DNA from: Gammaproteobacteria bacterium | GTDB lineage: Bacteria; Pseudomonadota; Gammaproteobacteria; Eutrophobiales; Eutrophobiaceae | Assembly: GCA_965229565.1 (NCBI GenBank) | Contig: OZ245888.1 | Coordinates: forward strand, 437,160-501,159 | DNA: 64,000 nucleotides | Direction of reading: 5' to 3' | Part shown: piece after piece, positions 63,217-64,000 of the stretch | Layout of the letters: the number at the start of each line of letters is the position of its first letter | Position numbering within the stretch: the first letter of the stretch is position 1 | Position numbers and translations under genes: made by a program | Notes under the pieces: model-generated | What the model was told of the DNA's origin: nothing | The model's database searches: none | Seen by the model: the letters and a program-made list of their open reading frames with translations, nothing else

Positions 63217-64000
63217 CTAGTGACGGACACCGTGCAAGCAGGCCCACTCTGAATCAAACTCGGGAGTATCCATATTAAAGTAGCCGGAATAACTCGCCAA
63301 ACATTCATCCGCCTGGATGTGTAACAGTCCCGATAGCACAATATCACCACCACTTTGTGTCAGCTCGGCGAAATCCGGCGCCAGCTCTTTCAACGGGTTT
63401 GCCAGGATATTGGCCACCAGTATATCGGCACATGGTAATTTCATCGTATCCGGCAAACCTATATGAATCTTGTCCTCCAGTGCATTCTGTTTTGCATTTT
63501 CAGAAGCAGCCTGTACTGCCTGTGCATCAATATCGACGGCATATACTTCCCTGGCGCCCAGGCGTGCAGCAACCATCGCCAGTATGCCCGAACCACAGCC
63601 GTAATCGATAACGACCTTGTCTGCAAGATCGTGGCTGGCCAGCCAGCTAACACACATGGCAGTGGTAGGATGTGCACCGGTGCCAAAGGCGAGACCGGGA
63701 TCGAGAACCAGGCCGGGCTTGTCTGAATCTGGTCTGTCGCACCAGCTGGGAACAATCCATATCCTGTCAGCGAACAACACCGGTTCATGCTGTGCCTTGA
63801 ATTCACCGATCCAGTCCTTATCGTGAACGCGGTCAATCTGGTGGCTGAAGATTCTATCGGCACCGATACGATCACGCAGGCAGACCAGCAGGATATCCAG
63901 GTCGGTATCAGGGTGCAGCAGTGCACTGACTCGGGTTTTATCCCAGTACTGGCGTTGCTGTTGATCCAGGTGATCAAACACGGGATCGTCACTGGACGCA
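63217..64000 (-). CDS. prmA: Ribosomal protein L11 methyltransferase (5' end outside window)
   Basis: LDPGLAFGTGAHPTT, DYGCGSGILA, VANILA, LSGLL. The frame stays open to the window edge. Confidence 0.95.
   Translation of the reverse strand, partial: ASSDDPVFDHLDQQQRQYWDKTRVSALLHPDTDLDILLVCLRDRIGADRIFSHQIDRVHDKDWIGEFKAQHEPVLFADRIWIVPSWCDRPDSDKPGLVLDPGLAFGTGAHPTTAMCVSWLASHDLADKVVIDYGCGSGILAMVAARLGAREVYAVDIDAQAVQAASENAKQNALEDKIHIGLPDTMKLPCADILVANILANPLKELAPDFAELTQSGGDIVLSGLLHIQADECLASYSGYFNMDTPEFDSEWACLHGVRH

Overview
This is a gene-dense chromosomal window from a gammaproteobacterium, made up mostly of housekeeping operons. In order: mgtE (partial); the yrbG-kdsD-kdsC-lptCAB-rpoN-hpf-ptsN-hprK-rapZ-EIIA-HPr-EI operon; amgK-murU; a lytic transglycosylase with two PBP domains; queCE, tol-pal, ruvCAB, yebC, nadA and aspS; tRNA-Lys; a ModE/PBP regulator divergent from an OprO/P porin and TupA; bepA-soxY-soxZ-CPBP protease; PPi-type PFK, metY, a DNA glycosylase and a membrane pyrophosphatase; maf, rdgC, ilvA, rpiA, dtd, hemF, hisBH, deaD, acr3-arsR/arsC, purDH, fis, dusB and prmA (partial). 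I saw no transposase, integrase, prophage or CRISPR array. The strongest signals are non-coding. (1) About 600 bp between rdgC and ilvA holds two back-to-back modules with the same predicted fold but different stem sequences. Each has two GGA-capped hairpins, and the pair is bounded by inverted ends, one of them amplified into a ~35-bp tandem array. (2) Three ERIC/RPE-like palindromic elements each overlap or abut a stop codon. (3) Tandem NrdR-box-like palindromes sit in front of the cell-wall hydrolase rather than a ribonucleotide reductase. Notable coding modules are the regulator-porin-TupA unit lacking TupBC and an orphan SoxYZ pair with a non-canonical C-terminus. All calls come from reading motifs by eye; no database search or folding program was run.
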